NCBI GenBank assembly: GCA_000165345.1
Contig: CM000431.1
Coordinates: forward strand, 704,001-768,000
Length of the DNA stretch: 64,000 bases
Direction: 5' to 3'
Position 1 is the first letter of the stretch, and every line of letters begins with the position of its first letter. This document shows positions 52,801-62,668 of this stretch, piece after piece. A program made the translations under genes and the position numbers. The notes under the pieces are model-generated. The model had not been told where the DNA came from. It saw nothing but the letters and a program-made list of their open reading frames with translations, and ran no database searches.

Positions 52801-55800
52801 TCATAATCTTGCTTATTAATAATCCCATTAAATAAATTAATATTTAGGCTAGCTATTATTAATAATTTAATTGTATATTTAACGAGTTTATGTAATTTAA
52901 AGTCCTTGATTATAATCGATACTAAAATATTTATTATATTACAAAGATTATTTGATTTTCTTTTTGGAGGAGGAATATATAATTTTTCAAGATTGTTATT
53001 TAAATTGCCATGAAGTAAAAATAGCTTATTAGTATCATAAAATGAATTTGTTGTGATGAATTCATTGTTAACATATCCAGATTTTGTATAACCGTCGAAA
53101 AACTGAAAAAAAATATTGTCAATTTGTTCATAATCTAAAATACAGTTTTCAACTTCTCGATGATTAAATTTATCATTATTGCAATCTGAGCTGAGCTCAT
53201 CAAATGACAATAAAGAATAAAGAATGTGTAAAAGCAAATTTTTTGGTAGGTTATCTGTTTGTTTGTTCAAGGAGCTTTTATAATATGTTAAATCTTGAAT
53301 TTTTGCCTTATTTAAAATTGAATGTGAGCTCATTAAAATAAAATCATTGAAAGTTTTAGCAGCTTCATTATTTATCAATATATGAATTCTTGTAATTGGC
53401 AGCTTAAAACCTTTATTTTTTGATTGCTTTTCATGAGAACTCTCAAATAATTTTGTACTATATGAGTTTATTATTGCGTAAAATATTTCTAATAGGTTTT
53501 CGGAACTTCCTGGATGGTCGCACTTCAAAATAAAATTGATATAAATTATACATAGCTTATAGGAAAAATAATAGCATTTTTTAGAGTTAAATGCGATATT
53601 AAGACGATTCAAAAATGAATTCAAGTATAAATTTGATGTGATAAAATCATTAGGAATTGAATTTAGTTGATTATGAGATTCCTCAAAAATTGAATCAATG
53701 GTAATTTTTGCCAAAATGATTTTAATAAAATTACAGACTTCTTCGATAATTCTAGAAAAGTTTTGATTTAAGTTTTGGTTATAAAATCGTTCTGAAGGAT
53801 CTAATTCTTGAATTAACTCATCATGAAATTTATTTGAATAGTTAGAAATAAACTCAGAGTCGGATAAAATAAATAATAATAACGTAAATAAATAAAGAAT
53901 CTTCAATAAGTTCCAACACAAACGTTTAAAATTATTTTCAGAGTTAAATATAAATTCTGAAATAAAAGACATGTTGAGTAAGTTTATGATGCTTTGTAGT
54001 GGAATATTGTTATTCCCAAATATCAATACGTTAATATCAAAATTATTAGAACAGAAATTCTGAATTCTTGTAATTAACTCAAAAAATATTACTTCACTTA
54101 AAAAAAAGTAAATATTGTTAATTATATCCAACATTTCAAAGTTTTTCAAGTTGAATAAAGTTTTTAATAATATGATTATGCTTTCTCTCTGGCTTTCTAA
54201 ATCAATGGATAATTTTTTCATATAGTAATATAGTAAAATATTGGACACATAGTATTCTCTAGGCCGAATTATTTTAGATAATTTTTTCAGTATTGAAAAT
54301 GCACGATTAAAAGAAGGTAAATTATGTGGTTGAATAGTGTTAAAATGAAATTGATCAAAAATCTTACAAAATTTTTTATTATTGATTAGTAGGTTATTGA
54401 CTAAATTCTTGCATTCGTTTGACGATGAAAATAATTGAGATTGAATATTTGGCATTACTGACTCAACGATACATCTCTTGAGAATGATACTGCAGTCAAA
54501 TAGATCTCCATTTAAATCTTCAAAAGAGAAAGTTTCTAAAAACAGAAGAAATATAGGCAAATATAAGTCAACCTTATCACTAGAAATCTGAAGTCCAATA
54601 GAAGTTCTTAGGAAATTGAATATTTTATGTAACCATGAATAGTATACATCTCTAATTTTAAGTGGAAAAGTCTTATTCAATAATATTTTATTACTTAAAA
54701 TAAAAAATTGACCAAATATTGAAATAATACGAGACAAAACCCCCGAGCAGATATTTAATGGCTTAATATTGCAAATAATGATGTATAAGCATTCCATTTC
54801 ATTTAACAGGCAATTTCTTTCTGATAAATTTTTCATTTCTGAAGGTTTTATTGATAGAGATAGTAACTCTAATATTCTCGACAGAGAAATTGAATTATTA
54901 GAAGTTAGAGTTTTAATAAAATAATCACCGTGAATTTTGGAATATGGTTTTTTTTTGGAGTCAAAAATAACTACCAAACTAAAGTTATTAGTTAAATAAT
55001 CTCCACCTTCAAATTCATTTTCCCAAAACAAACATTCACTTCTTTTCAACTCAATTAGTGTTTGTATTTGAATAAAGTTTAATTCCGTAATAAATGAATT
55101 ATCTAATCTCAAAATTTCTTCAAAAAAACGATCAAATATTAAGGGTAATTTTTCATAATAATATTTTCTATCTGCTTTTTTTAATATTTGAAGTATTCTA
55201 GTAAATATGTCAGACTTTCCTTCTGGAGTTATTATTTCTTTTTTTTCAAAATTATTATGATCTCTTTTAATAATTTGAATCGACGTAAATAAAATAAAAT
55301 CTAAAAAAAAGTTTTCTTCTAATCCATTGTTAATTTCTTCTTTTAAAAAAACCCTTTTTCCGAGATTAAACCAAGCCAAAATTAAATTTTGTGATGAAGA
55401 AGATATATTATGTATTGAAAGTGAGTATACTAAATAGTATATAAGCTGGATTTCAACAAAACTATGATCTAATTGAGTAAGGTCAAGCTGATCTATGCTT
55501 AAGTTAATAAATCTGTTTAATTTACAAAATTGATTTTTGAATTTATGATTTTTTGAATGATTTAATATTCCGTTGAAAAGTATATTTAATGATAAAAATT
55601 TATTTTTATTATTATTGAAACTATTGTTTAATATTAAGTTCATAAACCAATTTAATGGACCTGAGCTTATTTCTTCAATGATATCTTGTTCAAAAATTGA
55701 ATCTAGAACTAATAGATAGTCAACAAATTCCTCCAAAATTTGGTTAGCCAATTTGGAATGGTAATTAATCGGTTGGTCTAAAAATGAAAAGATGATATCT

Positions 55801-57146
55801 GAAATAGGTGTTAAATAAAAGCAAAGGGCTGATAAATTAATCGAAGTTTTGTCTATACTTGAAATTTCATATTTAAATCTTGAAATCCAAATTACAAGAG
55901 ATTGCAATCCATACGCTGAGTCTTCATCTGACTTGTAATCAGTTATTAAGCACGCCAATGAGTGAAATGATACTTCAAAGATTTCATGATTATTAATAGG
56001 ATTTTTAAATTGAACAGCATCATGTATCATTGAGCAACAAAGAACTAATCCTCGGTAAAATGCCACTTGACAAACATTCGAAAATTTGCATTTTTGAACA
56101 TGCTCTTTAACATTTTTCGCAATTTTATTCATGCTTTTTATATATAAGTCATTTTTATCATCATACGTAACTTGTTCACTAATATACAATAATGACAAAA
56201 ATAGTCCAATTGATGTTATTAAATCTTTGTTAAATTTGTCAAGACTATTTGAGCACAAAATTCTGTAAAAAATAGAATTAATCACCTTTTTCGTAATTTT
56301 CCCATCCTTGTGTTCGCCTAAAACAGTATTAAAAAGAATTTTAGTATATTTTATTAAACTACTAAATGAATTGCTGCAGCATATCACAATACTAGAAATA
56401 CGGTTTAATATAGATATAATGGATAATAATATTTGCTGATCAATTTCAAAATAATGATCTATAGTATTTTCCATATTATTACTGTTTAGAAAAGATGTTA
56501 TTTTGTAAGCAAAATCTGGGGTTTGAAGTAAATAAATTAATATTTTTTTTAATACCAAATCTAAATTATATATTCCTTCAAATAATATTGGTAATACATT
56601 GTTAGAACGTAAAGTTTCTTTGTTATTAAGTCCTGCAGACGAAACTAACATTTCAAATAAGTCGTTGAGGATAAATTGAACAGAATAAATATATTTTTCA
56701 ATTAACAATTGATTTTCTCCCTTAAGTAAGTTAGAATTATTAGTATAAAAATCTGTATTAATATCTTCAATCATATTTTCCACAACAAAATTGACCAAGT
56801 TATTAAAACTATCAAGGACAAATTGGGTGTATTCTGAAATATTTGGTTGAATTATCTTCGATTTCTGCATAAAGCTTCGTAGGTAATTCAATAATTTTCT
56901 CTTTAGGTTTCTGTTATTTTCTACGAAAGCAATTAGTAGTAGTATTAGGCAACAGGACCTACTTATGCTAGAAACGTCTGTTGAACATATCTTCCCTTCT
57001 GCATTTCCATATTCGAAATCAATTTCTAGACCTAATCCAATTTCACGAATGATTTGAGCAACATCTTTCTTCACATAAGGGTATCTATAAAAATATCTAT
57101 TTGATAATTTGATCAATAAATTATTCATAAAAAGATAATTTAGCAC
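49863..57146 (-). CDS. Giant hypothetical protein (2,427 aa), Leu/Ile/Asn-rich, probably an alpha-helical (HEAT/ARM-like) scaffold.
   Basis: Single 7.3-kb ORF, no kinase/ATPase/named motif seen. Helical-repeat composition. Possibly a ribosome-biogenesis or trafficking scaffold (unassigned). Confidence 0.6.
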   Translation of the reverse strand: MLNYLFMNNLLIKLSNRYFYRYPYVKKDVAQIIREIGLGLEIDFEYGNAEGKICSTDVSSISRSCCLILLLIAFVENNRNLKRKLLNYLRSFMQKSKIIQPNISEYTQFVLDSFNNLVNFVVENMIEDINTDFYTNNSNLLKGENQLLIEKYIYSVQFILNDLFEMLVSSAGLNNKETLRSNNVLPILFEGIYNLDLVLKKILIYLLQTPDFAYKITSFLNSNNMENTIDHYFEIDQQILLSIISILNRISSIVICCSNSFSSLIKYTKILFNTVLGEHKDGKITKKVINSIFYRILCSNSLDKFNKDLITSIGLFLSLLYISEQVTYDDKNDLYIKSMNKIAKNVKEHVQKCKFSNVCQVAFYRGLVLCCSMIHDAVQFKNPINNHEIFEVSFHSLACLITDYKSDEDSAYGLQSLVIWISRFKYEISSIDKTSINLSALCFYLTPISDIIFSFLDQPINYHSKLANQILEEFVDYLLVLDSIFEQDIIEEISSGPLNWFMNLILNNSFNNNKNKFLSLNILFNGILNHSKNHKFKNQFCKLNRFINLSIDQLDLTQLDHSFVEIQLIYYLVYSLSIHNISSSSQNLILAWFNLGKRVFLKEEINNGLEENFFLDFILFTSIQIIKRDHNNFEKKEIITPEGKSDIFTRILQILKKADRKYYYEKLPLIFDRFFEEILRLDNSFITELNFIQIQTLIELKRSECLFWENEFEGGDYLTNNFSLVVIFDSKKKPYSKIHGDYFIKTLTSNNSISLSRILELLSLSIKPSEMKNLSERNCLLNEMECLYIIICNIKPLNICSGVLSRIISIFGQFFILSNKILLNKTFPLKIRDVYYSWLHKIFNFLRTSIGLQISSDKVDLYLPIFLLFLETFSFEDLNGDLFDCSIILKRCIVESVMPNIQSQLFSSSNECKNLVNNLLINNKKFCKIFDQFHFNTIQPHNLPSFNRAFSILKKLSKIIRPREYYVSNILLYYYMKKLSIDLESQRESIIILLKTLFNLKNFEMLDIINNIYFFLSEVIFFELITRIQNFCSNNFDINVLIFGNNNIPLQSIINLLNMSFISEFIFNSENNFKRLCWNLLKILYLFTLLLFILSDSEFISNYSNKFHDELIQELDPSERFYNQNLNQNFSRIIEEVCNFIKIILAKITIDSIFEESHNQLNSIPNDFITSNLYLNSFLNRLNIAFNSKKCYYFSYKLCIIYINFILKCDHPGSSENLLEIFYAIINSYSTKLFESSHEKQSKNKGFKLPITRIHILINNEAAKTFNDFILMSSHSILNKAKIQDLTYYKSSLNKQTDNLPKNLLLHILYSLLSFDELSSDCNNDKFNHREVENCILDYEQIDNIFFQFFDGYTKSGYVNNEFITTNSFYDTNKLFLLHGNLNNNLEKLYIPPPKRKSNNLCNIINILVSIIIKDFKLHKLVKYTIKLLIIASLNINLFNGIINKQDYDSDYILFQRYRCSIHSNHILAKLISKSKSSSGTNTLCEIFDLSLLCGSLFSAFNNIKIYDLKVKDENGFALCNSSLNLMSALLKRFSFKANGIESNIEYISKTNNRCEILNNDFKTTPGSDDLPILFNKVLKDVLSIVLNKQFDYNCVNSLISEINTSTRFSLKSIKRISGIFEPCIIDILLNSTHTQFQGMVLLLLTEISISWADCSYELAICIIKSIYSSSYFVRMYSSKLLGEIIFLTLNIPNLSLHPLNEISNANLDGILLEIFINNSNNQASKANSLLNLIFQSIKFSINNSENKYNLIHGILNLGIVLMKKFKNQSCWNSFKSIDNSIYENLLVFIRDSFTTFKHPLLRITALELMSLLFELEFPINEKSNCLENLIYYWKNISSKSKTLYIDFSNLNNNLYLSISHPKNYFNENLSEHIYLIKIIVNNVFKYIDSGELNSLICLSPAFDKIIHPKILLEFYSSIIDILSISEKKDTFVQKLFNLIDNNLKSIKHLISANNKEQYINEKTKIRKLSILTDLVKVLTGCLSFIGYNYKLSFVFLENEQSDSIIESVFDLIYHQELSKYKTSEGEDENSEEKTDIDLINSKIGRFFFEDQIAILEFSIFFIRFYKNIARHDSIPYFIVYELEKIVFDKILKMVCNNICNGTQLTLEKKCLICKIIRTIFESLETELFLEIKVEKNDRIRNLFCTKIGINDIHEGTILFLLCFNHNYWYNLMVCLIYLITDEAASIENKAILTFNSFIHIIKYFCSNFLHQNEDSHGSGLNCYNEYENQIKQIVLLNDQNSCLFSIIILDVISESLRSMETQNNSVFFPREIDNICNEYLNISQVATCQIFKYFKAISQKTLNSDEISKIELHFEQWGTQIKSQINLFKRVYDCIKECPTQLISIELFGSVLIDEVSILTFVISIRKLIIISKYREINNREDIFENSSFYISFFEKRLDFLLSNIHEKKINFSNYNAKDFAGNLTK

Positions 57147-57773
57147 TGAAAAAAAATACTTAAACTGAAAGCTAATTGTATTAATATTAATAGATTTTTA
57201 GAGCAAATAGATTAGACTAGGAATTTTGGATTACCTGCTATTAAAGAACGATATTCATCAACCAATCCAATAAGATGGAATTTCAGACTGGGGCGACAAG
57301 GAAGTCGTCATGAATCAACGCAAATTGTCAATCATCATACACTCCAATACTTACTGAAAATGCGAAGACCAAGGCTAATTGAAATTCAATACCTTAGTAG
57401 AATAATAATTTGAGCTCAGTTATTAGTTGTTTCTTCAAAAATACAATATTTCAGAAACACGGAAACCAAATACATCATTGCATTTAAAAATCGCATTTAA
57501 GTGATAAACTCCATCCGTAATAGAGGTAAAATCGATCCCTAAGCCATGGTAAACTTACGAATAAATTATAATCTTCACATTTCATTTAGGACACGGTAGT
57601 ATATAAAATTAATCTAGCTTAGCAATAATTTGATAGTTTGATAAGAGCCTCAGGACAATACATTATGCCGTCTAATTAAACTCGGCGCCCATGTCATTTT
57701 CGCCTTGAAAGAGATTCGAATGATTTGAAGCCAATTCCTTTTTTCGCAAACAACTTTTTATTAGACTGCTATT

Positions 57774-58847
57774 CTAATTTATGGGTTTATTTTGTATTGA
57801 AAATGATTCAGCAGAAAAAATACCGTCTTCTGTAACAATTGCGTTTATGAACTTGGGGGGGATTACGTCGTAGCAAGGGATAAATGTAGCTATTTGCGGT
57901 TTAGGTAAACTTTCCGAGTTTTCTGGAACATATTGGAGGTTATCAGATATGCCTTGTTCAACGACTTCGTTGAAAACTGTTGAATACTCAAAGTAATTCT
58001 TTTCGCATAGTTTATATGATTCTGAAACGATCATTACAGGAATGTGGTGTATATTTGCAAGCATTGCAACAAGTGATGATCCAGAACGATTCATTACATA
58101 TCCATTAGAAAATATTGCACAAGAACCAATAATTACTTTGGTTGCGTACCTCAAATGGTAGGCCAAACAATTAAGTAATGTATAGGTTATTTTTATCCCC
58201 TTTAGAGATAGTTTTTTAGCAATGTCTTGACTACTGGAATCAAGGTTGTTCTTTGAATCAACGACAATTAGTTGAAAGTTCTTGTTCATTTCTGCAGCCT
58301 TAAATAATGATTTGATTACAGAGCTAGAATTGGAATATGTAACTATTACATCGCCGTCAGTAATATATTTGTTTGAAACTAAATATGAAATTCTTTCACA
58401 TGCGTTCACAATTCTTTGATAAATATAAGTTTTTATACTAGAAATTAGTTGGTTTATTATTTCATTTGGTGGGAGAGATGGATTAATTTTGCATATTTGT
58501 TTTTTTAGCCATTTAATCACGTTCCCCATCGCAATGTTATGTTGTCTCTGCGATGTTATATATGAGATATGCACGTCTAAAACCATCTTTAAATGCTTTT
58601 CAATACTTTTGTATGGAGGACAGTAATAATCCTCAAGCATTTGCCCAATGGCAATTAGCAGGCATTTACTCCTCATATTTGTACCAACAATTTTCCTGTC
58701 TTTCATTCTCATTCCCAATCTCAAAATAGCAGGATGGATTTTAGACTGATCCAGTATCGAAATAAAAGAGTGTGAAATGGAATTCCTACCGAAGTATGGG
58801 CATATAGGACAATTAAATATGTTTTGTACAACATTTTTTTTCTCCAT
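57774..58847 (-). CDS. Translation initiation factor eIF2B subunit (alpha/beta/delta family; beta/delta-like regulatory subunit).
   Basis: N-terminal helical block IHPAILRLGMRMKDRKIVGTNMRSKCLLIAIGQMLEDYY (eIF2B-delta-like IHPAV.RLG…I.GSNARC.A.L…I.DY). IF-2B Rossmann core GDVIVTYSNSSSVIKSLFKAAEMNKNFQLIVVDS…GIKITYTLLNCLAYHLRYATKVIIGSCAIFSNGYVMNRSGSSLVAMLANIHHIPVMIVSESYKL… C-terminal …PCYDVIPPKFINAIVTEDGIF. Confidence 0.75.
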   Translation of the reverse strand: MEKKNVVQNIFNCPICPYFGRNSISHSFISILDQSKIHPAILRLGMRMKDRKIVGTNMRSKCLLIAIGQMLEDYYCPPYKSIEKHLKMVLDVHISYITSQRQHNIAMGNVIKWLKKQICKINPSLPPNEIINQLISSIKTYIYQRIVNACERISYLVSNKYITDGDVIVTYSNSSSVIKSLFKAAEMNKNFQLIVVDSKNNLDSSSQDIAKKLSLKGIKITYTLLNCLAYHLRYATKVIIGSCAIFSNGYVMNRSGSSLVAMLANIHHIPVMIVSESYKLCEKNYFEYSTVFNEVVEQGISDNLQYVPENSESLPKPQIATFIPCYDVIPPKFINAIVTEDGIFSAESFSIQNKPIN

Positions 58848-59046
58848 TATATTAAAAACCTAGTAAATACTAAAAAAAAATTGCGCCCAAATAAATCGTA
58901 CTTAACTTTTATTAACAGAGCTGACATATATTTCGATTTATAGGCCAGCATTTACTGTTGGATATAGTTTTAGCAACAAAATCAAATAAAATTACCCTCC
59001 AATAAATTTACTCAATCCTTTTAGATTTGAGTGGATTTCAAAATAT

Positions 59047-60765
59047 TTATATATTGCTTTCTGTTTTTCCATAGGCAATTCTTTTTAAATTGTCAGTAGT
59101 ACTCTTGACACGTTGACCCACGCCGATCACCGTGTTTTCCATATTCAAGTTTGCGTCATTACCTGATTCTGAGTCACTGGGGTATGATATAAATGGATAT
59201 GTTCTTTTTTGTAATGCTGGCGTTGTAAGACATAATTCTTGCGAACGATGAAGGAGAAGCCCTTCAGATCCAACGTCGTAATCATTTGAGGGAATAATAG
59301 TCCCTGATTGTGCAGGTTGAGAGTTTGACATTCTATTTTGTTTATGGACTATTGACAGCCTTTTAACCATATCGATTGTACCTAAAATATCAAAACTGTT
59401 GGAAGGGGTAATTGAAGTAGAAGATGACGTGCTCATAAGAGAATCAACCATGTATGCATTTATTCTATCTTTTCCCCTCAGTGTATTTGTAGCATACTTT
59501 GACCTTAGCATTTGTAGATGCTTTTTTGGGACGTTGATGCCTAAATGGTGAATAAACGGAAAGTCTCGAATTAAAATCTCTGGATGAAAATCTGCAATTT
59601 CTTCGTATACCTTATTCTGTAACAGTCTCTTTGTTGGCTCAAAGTTGTCGAAAGACCAATCAATAGAATCAGTAGTGTTGGAATCCAATGAGATTAATTC
59701 TGGTTCAATAGAGTTATTTGATTTAAACTGAATGTTATGAGCACTAGATGATTTTGGAGAGTCGTACCCTGAGTTAATATTAATTCCATTGAAATATGGA
59801 TGCGATAGAGCCTCTTCAGCTGTTATTCGCTTTTTTGGATTAAAGCTTAGCATTTTTTCAATAAGGTCAATAGCTTCAGGGCAATTAAATCCAGGGAATA
59901 AAGTTGAAATATGCCTACCCTTATAGTTTGGAAGCGTGTCTAAGTACTTTCTCGCATTCTCGGTACTCCCCTTGTAAGGAAGCCAGGAATCTAAGTCATC
60001 TCTGCTTGGGGTACCCAAACAAGAAATAATAGCTTTAAGTTGATCTAGATGGTCATGACCAGCAAACAAAGCACTCCTTTTAATTAATTCAGCAAAAATA
60101 CAGCCTGCACTCCATATATCCACAGCTTTATCGTATCTATTTACACACAAAATTATTTCGGGTGCCCTGTACCATCTCGTAACTACATAATCTGTTAATT
60201 CGTCCTTGCTTTTATCAATATCACAGACATTTCCTCTTGCTAAGCCAAAATCACAAATCTTTAAATCACATGATAAGTTTACAAGGATATTTGATGGCTT
60301 CAGATCACGGTGTATAATATTTACCTTATGTAGGTAAGATAATCCTCTCAAAATTTGATACATAAAATATTGTATATGCTCATTTGTCAGTGTCTGTTTA
60401 CTATATATCACACGGTGCAAATCTGTCTCCATTAACTGAGTAACAATATATATATCTTCAAAATTCGGAGAGTCTGGAGGAAGAAGATCAATAATACCCA
60501 AAATGTTTTCGTGTTGAAGCTGCCTTAAAAGCTTAATTTCTCTTAGAATTCTCTTTGCATCTATTAAGTCCTGAAATGCATCAAATATCTTCTTTACTGC
60601 AATATAAGATCCTCGAGATTTATCGTAAAATGAAACTACACATCCATAGGCACCACTTCCAACTTTTTTAATAAACTTGTAATGCTCGGGAACTGTGTAC
60701 GTGCTTCCATCTTCTACATTTACAGTAATATTTTTTGTGATTTTCATTATTTCATAGATTATCAA
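59047..60765 (-). CDS. Mitogen-activated protein kinase with TDY activation-loop motif and a ~220-aa C-terminal extension.
   Basis: GSGAYGCV Gly-loop, AVKKI, HRDLKPSNILVN, ICDFGLAR, activation loop DELTDYVVTRWYRAPEI (TDY at nt ~60185-60193), CDK/MAPK-type insert and the common docking region. Confidence 0.85.
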   Translation of the reverse strand: MIIYEIMKITKNITVNVEDGSTYTVPEHYKFIKKVGSGAYGCVVSFYDKSRGSYIAVKKIFDAFQDLIDAKRILREIKLLRQLQHENILGIIDLLPPDSPNFEDIYIVTQLMETDLHRVIYSKQTLTNEHIQYFMYQILRGLSYLHKVNIIHRDLKPSNILVNLSCDLKICDFGLARGNVCDIDKSKDELTDYVVTRWYRAPEIILCVNRYDKAVDIWSAGCIFAELIKRSALFAGHDHLDQLKAIISCLGTPSRDDLDSWLPYKGSTENARKYLDTLPNYKGRHISTLFPGFNCPEAIDLIEKMLSFNPKKRITAEEALSHPYFNGININSGYDSPKSSSAHNIQFKSNNSIEPELISLDSNTTDSIDWSFDNFEPTKRLLQNKVYEEIADFHPEILIRDFPFIHHLGINVPKKHLQMLRSKYATNTLRGKDRINAYMVDSLMSTSSSTSITPSNSFDILGTIDMVKRLSIVHKQNRMSNSQPAQSGTIIPSNDYDVGSEGLLLHRSQELCLTTPALQKRTYPFISYPSDSESGNDANLNMENTVIGVGQRVKSTTDNLKRIAYGKTESNI

Positions 60766-60829
60766 AATAATCTACATTACGAATTTATAATCTTACGGCC
60801 TTTTAGTGGTACATTTCAATATTAATAAT

Positions 60830-60850
60830 CCCACATGTTAAACATGTGGG
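60830..60850. promoter_or_regulatory. Perfect 21-nt palindrome CCCACATGTT-A-AACATGTGGG in the MAPK/PKA divergent promoter.
   Basis: Read directly: 10-nt arms are exact reverse complements around a central A. Contains two CACATG/CATGTG E-box-like cores. Confidence 0.45.
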
Positions 60851-61098
60851 CATTTTACCGCCTTAGCTACGGCACGACGTTCTTTGAGTGGAAATTATGA
60901 AGTTACAAAAAATTTACAACCAAATATTCATTGAAAAATTTATTAAAGGAGTTGAAAGTGTGTCGCCAATTACAAGTTAATAAAATGAATTTGAATGGTA
61001 AAAATTTAATTGATACATATTTTTAGCGAATAAGCAATAGTATATAGAGCTTCTAGATTTAATTTTTTTGTATTGCAATTACAAATTTGAATAATCAT

Positions 61099-61128
61099 GG
61101 CGCCCTAAGCGCCTATGTTCATGCATGA
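61099..61128. promoter_or_regulatory. GGCGCC…GCGCC (E2F-like) plus adjacent CATGCATG about 170-200 bp upstream of the PKA-C start.
   Basis: ggcgccctaagcgcctatgttcatgcatga read directly at 61099-61128. Confidence 0.35.
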
Positions 61129-61297
61129 CAGAAAAATCAGCGAGTGTAGACGGAGTGTGCAAAGCGAATTAATGTCTTAGTCTATAGTGTTGTATCTAAA
61201 GCCGTGCTCTCGCTCATATTTTTATAGCTATACACATACTTCGGTCCCAGACAATAATTATATTATATTTTTTGCTTAGTACCGTAGGGGACTTAAT

Positions 61298-62500
61298 TTG
61301 GTATTATTCAAATTATTACGAATGGATGGAATTTGGAAAAGACTTGTTTCTGGAGGGAAGAATCACTCTTCAAAAGAGGGCGGCAATAGTCAGAAAAATG
61401 CAGTTGCTGCTAACAATCGGACATGTGAAAATGGCCGAAGTTTAGATTTTAATACCAATAATAAGTCCCACAATAATCCAAATAATGACACCCGTTATCC
61501 TGCTACTTCAAACATGAACAAGCATGACACGGATATATCAGGGAATAACCAGAAAAAATATAGCATCGACGATTTTCAGCTTATTAGAACATTAGGAACA
61601 GGCTCGTTCGGAAGAGTTTTCTTATCTAAGCACAAGGAAGATAATAGCATTTATGCAATAAAAAGACTTAAAAAGAGTGTGGTTATTCGGCAAAAGCAGG
61701 TGGACCATATTACAAATGAAAAAGCGATTCTTTCAAGAATTAAACATCCATTTTTAGTTAGAATGTTTGGAACATTTAAAGATGACCGATATTTATACAT
61801 TATGATGGAATTTGTTATAGGGGGAGAGTTTTTCACATACCTAAGAAGGTGTAGGCACTTTGACAATGAAACTTCGAGGTTTTATGCTGCGCAAGTCGTG
61901 TTAATGTTTGAATATTTGCACGGAAAAAACATTATATATAGAGATCTTAAACCAGAAAATATTCTAATTGACAAAGATGGGTATTTGAAGCTAACTGATT
62001 TTGGATTTGCAAAGGCAATCGAATATAGGACGTTTACACTTTGTGGGACGCCTGAATATATCGCTCCAGAAGTTCTTTTAAACAAGGGCCATGGAAAGCC
62101 GGTTGATTGGTGGACGCTGGGCATATTGATATATGAAATGGTTGTAGGCTTTCCCCCTTTTTATGATGATGAACCTATGGGTATCTATCAAAAAATTCTA
62201 GCGGGTAAGATTTTTTTCCCTAAGTATTTTGACAAAAATTGTAAAAGTTTGGTAAAAAGACTACTTACTCCGGATTTAACAAAAAGATATGGTAACCTCA
62301 AAGGTGGTGTTAGTGATATAAAACTACACAAGTGGTTTTATAATTATGACTTTAATTCTTTGATATCAAGGAAAGTTGACCCCCCGTATATTCCTAAGGT
62401 CAACTCGTATGATGATTCATCGAATTTTGAAGAATATCCAGATAGCCATGAACAACCTACTACTGTTACAGGTAATGCTGATCCATTCGTTGACTGGTAG
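61298..62500 (+). CDS. PKAC: cAMP-dependent protein kinase catalytic subunit (PKA-C) with a ~90-aa N-terminal extension.
   Basis: Collinear with PKA-C: FQLIRTLGTGSFGRVFL…YAIKRLKK…ITNEKAIL…PFLVRMFGTFKD.RYLYIMMEFV.GGE.F..LRR…YRDLKPENILID.DGY.KLTDFGFAK…TLCGTPEYIAPEVLL.KGHGK.VDWW.LGILIYEM..G.PPF…YQKIL.GK..FP, then the AGC C-tail (…FNSLISRKVDPPYIPKV…FEEY). Confidence 0.9.
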   Translation: MVLFKLLRMDGIWKRLVSGGKNHSSKEGGNSQKNAVAANNRTCENGRSLDFNTNNKSHNNPNNDTRYPATSNMNKHDTDISGNNQKKYSIDDFQLIRTLGTGSFGRVFLSKHKEDNSIYAIKRLKKSVVIRQKQVDHITNEKAILSRIKHPFLVRMFGTFKDDRYLYIMMEFVIGGEFFTYLRRCRHFDNETSRFYAAQVVLMFEYLHGKNIIYRDLKPENILIDKDGYLKLTDFGFAKAIEYRTFTLCGTPEYIAPEVLLNKGHGKPVDWWTLGILIYEMVVGFPPFYDDEPMGIYQKILAGKIFFPKYFDKNCKSLVKRLLTPDLTKRYGNLKGGVSDIKLHKWFYNYDFNSLISRKVDPPYIPKVNSYDDSSNFEEYPDSHEQPTTVTGNADPFVDW

Positions 62501-62668
62501 TTTAACATATACATAGCTTAATCCTGCCCAAATAGTTATGTCTTTCTAGTTATTTCTTTCAATTGCAGCACACTTGACTTAGAAGATATTGTAAATGACT
62601 GTGTTGTAATATTCCATTAGTATTTAAATGATATTTTATTTTTTACAGTGTTTATAATGCGTAAATAA

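Noticed and set aside
60795-60815. GGCCTTTTAGTGG resembling the U5 snRNA loop-1 (GCCUUUUACUAAAG).
   Set aside because: Only the CCUUUU prefix matches. The invariant ACUAAAG is replaced by AGUGGUA, and no convincing 5' stem or Sm site / 3' hairpin arrangement is present. More likely promoter sequence.
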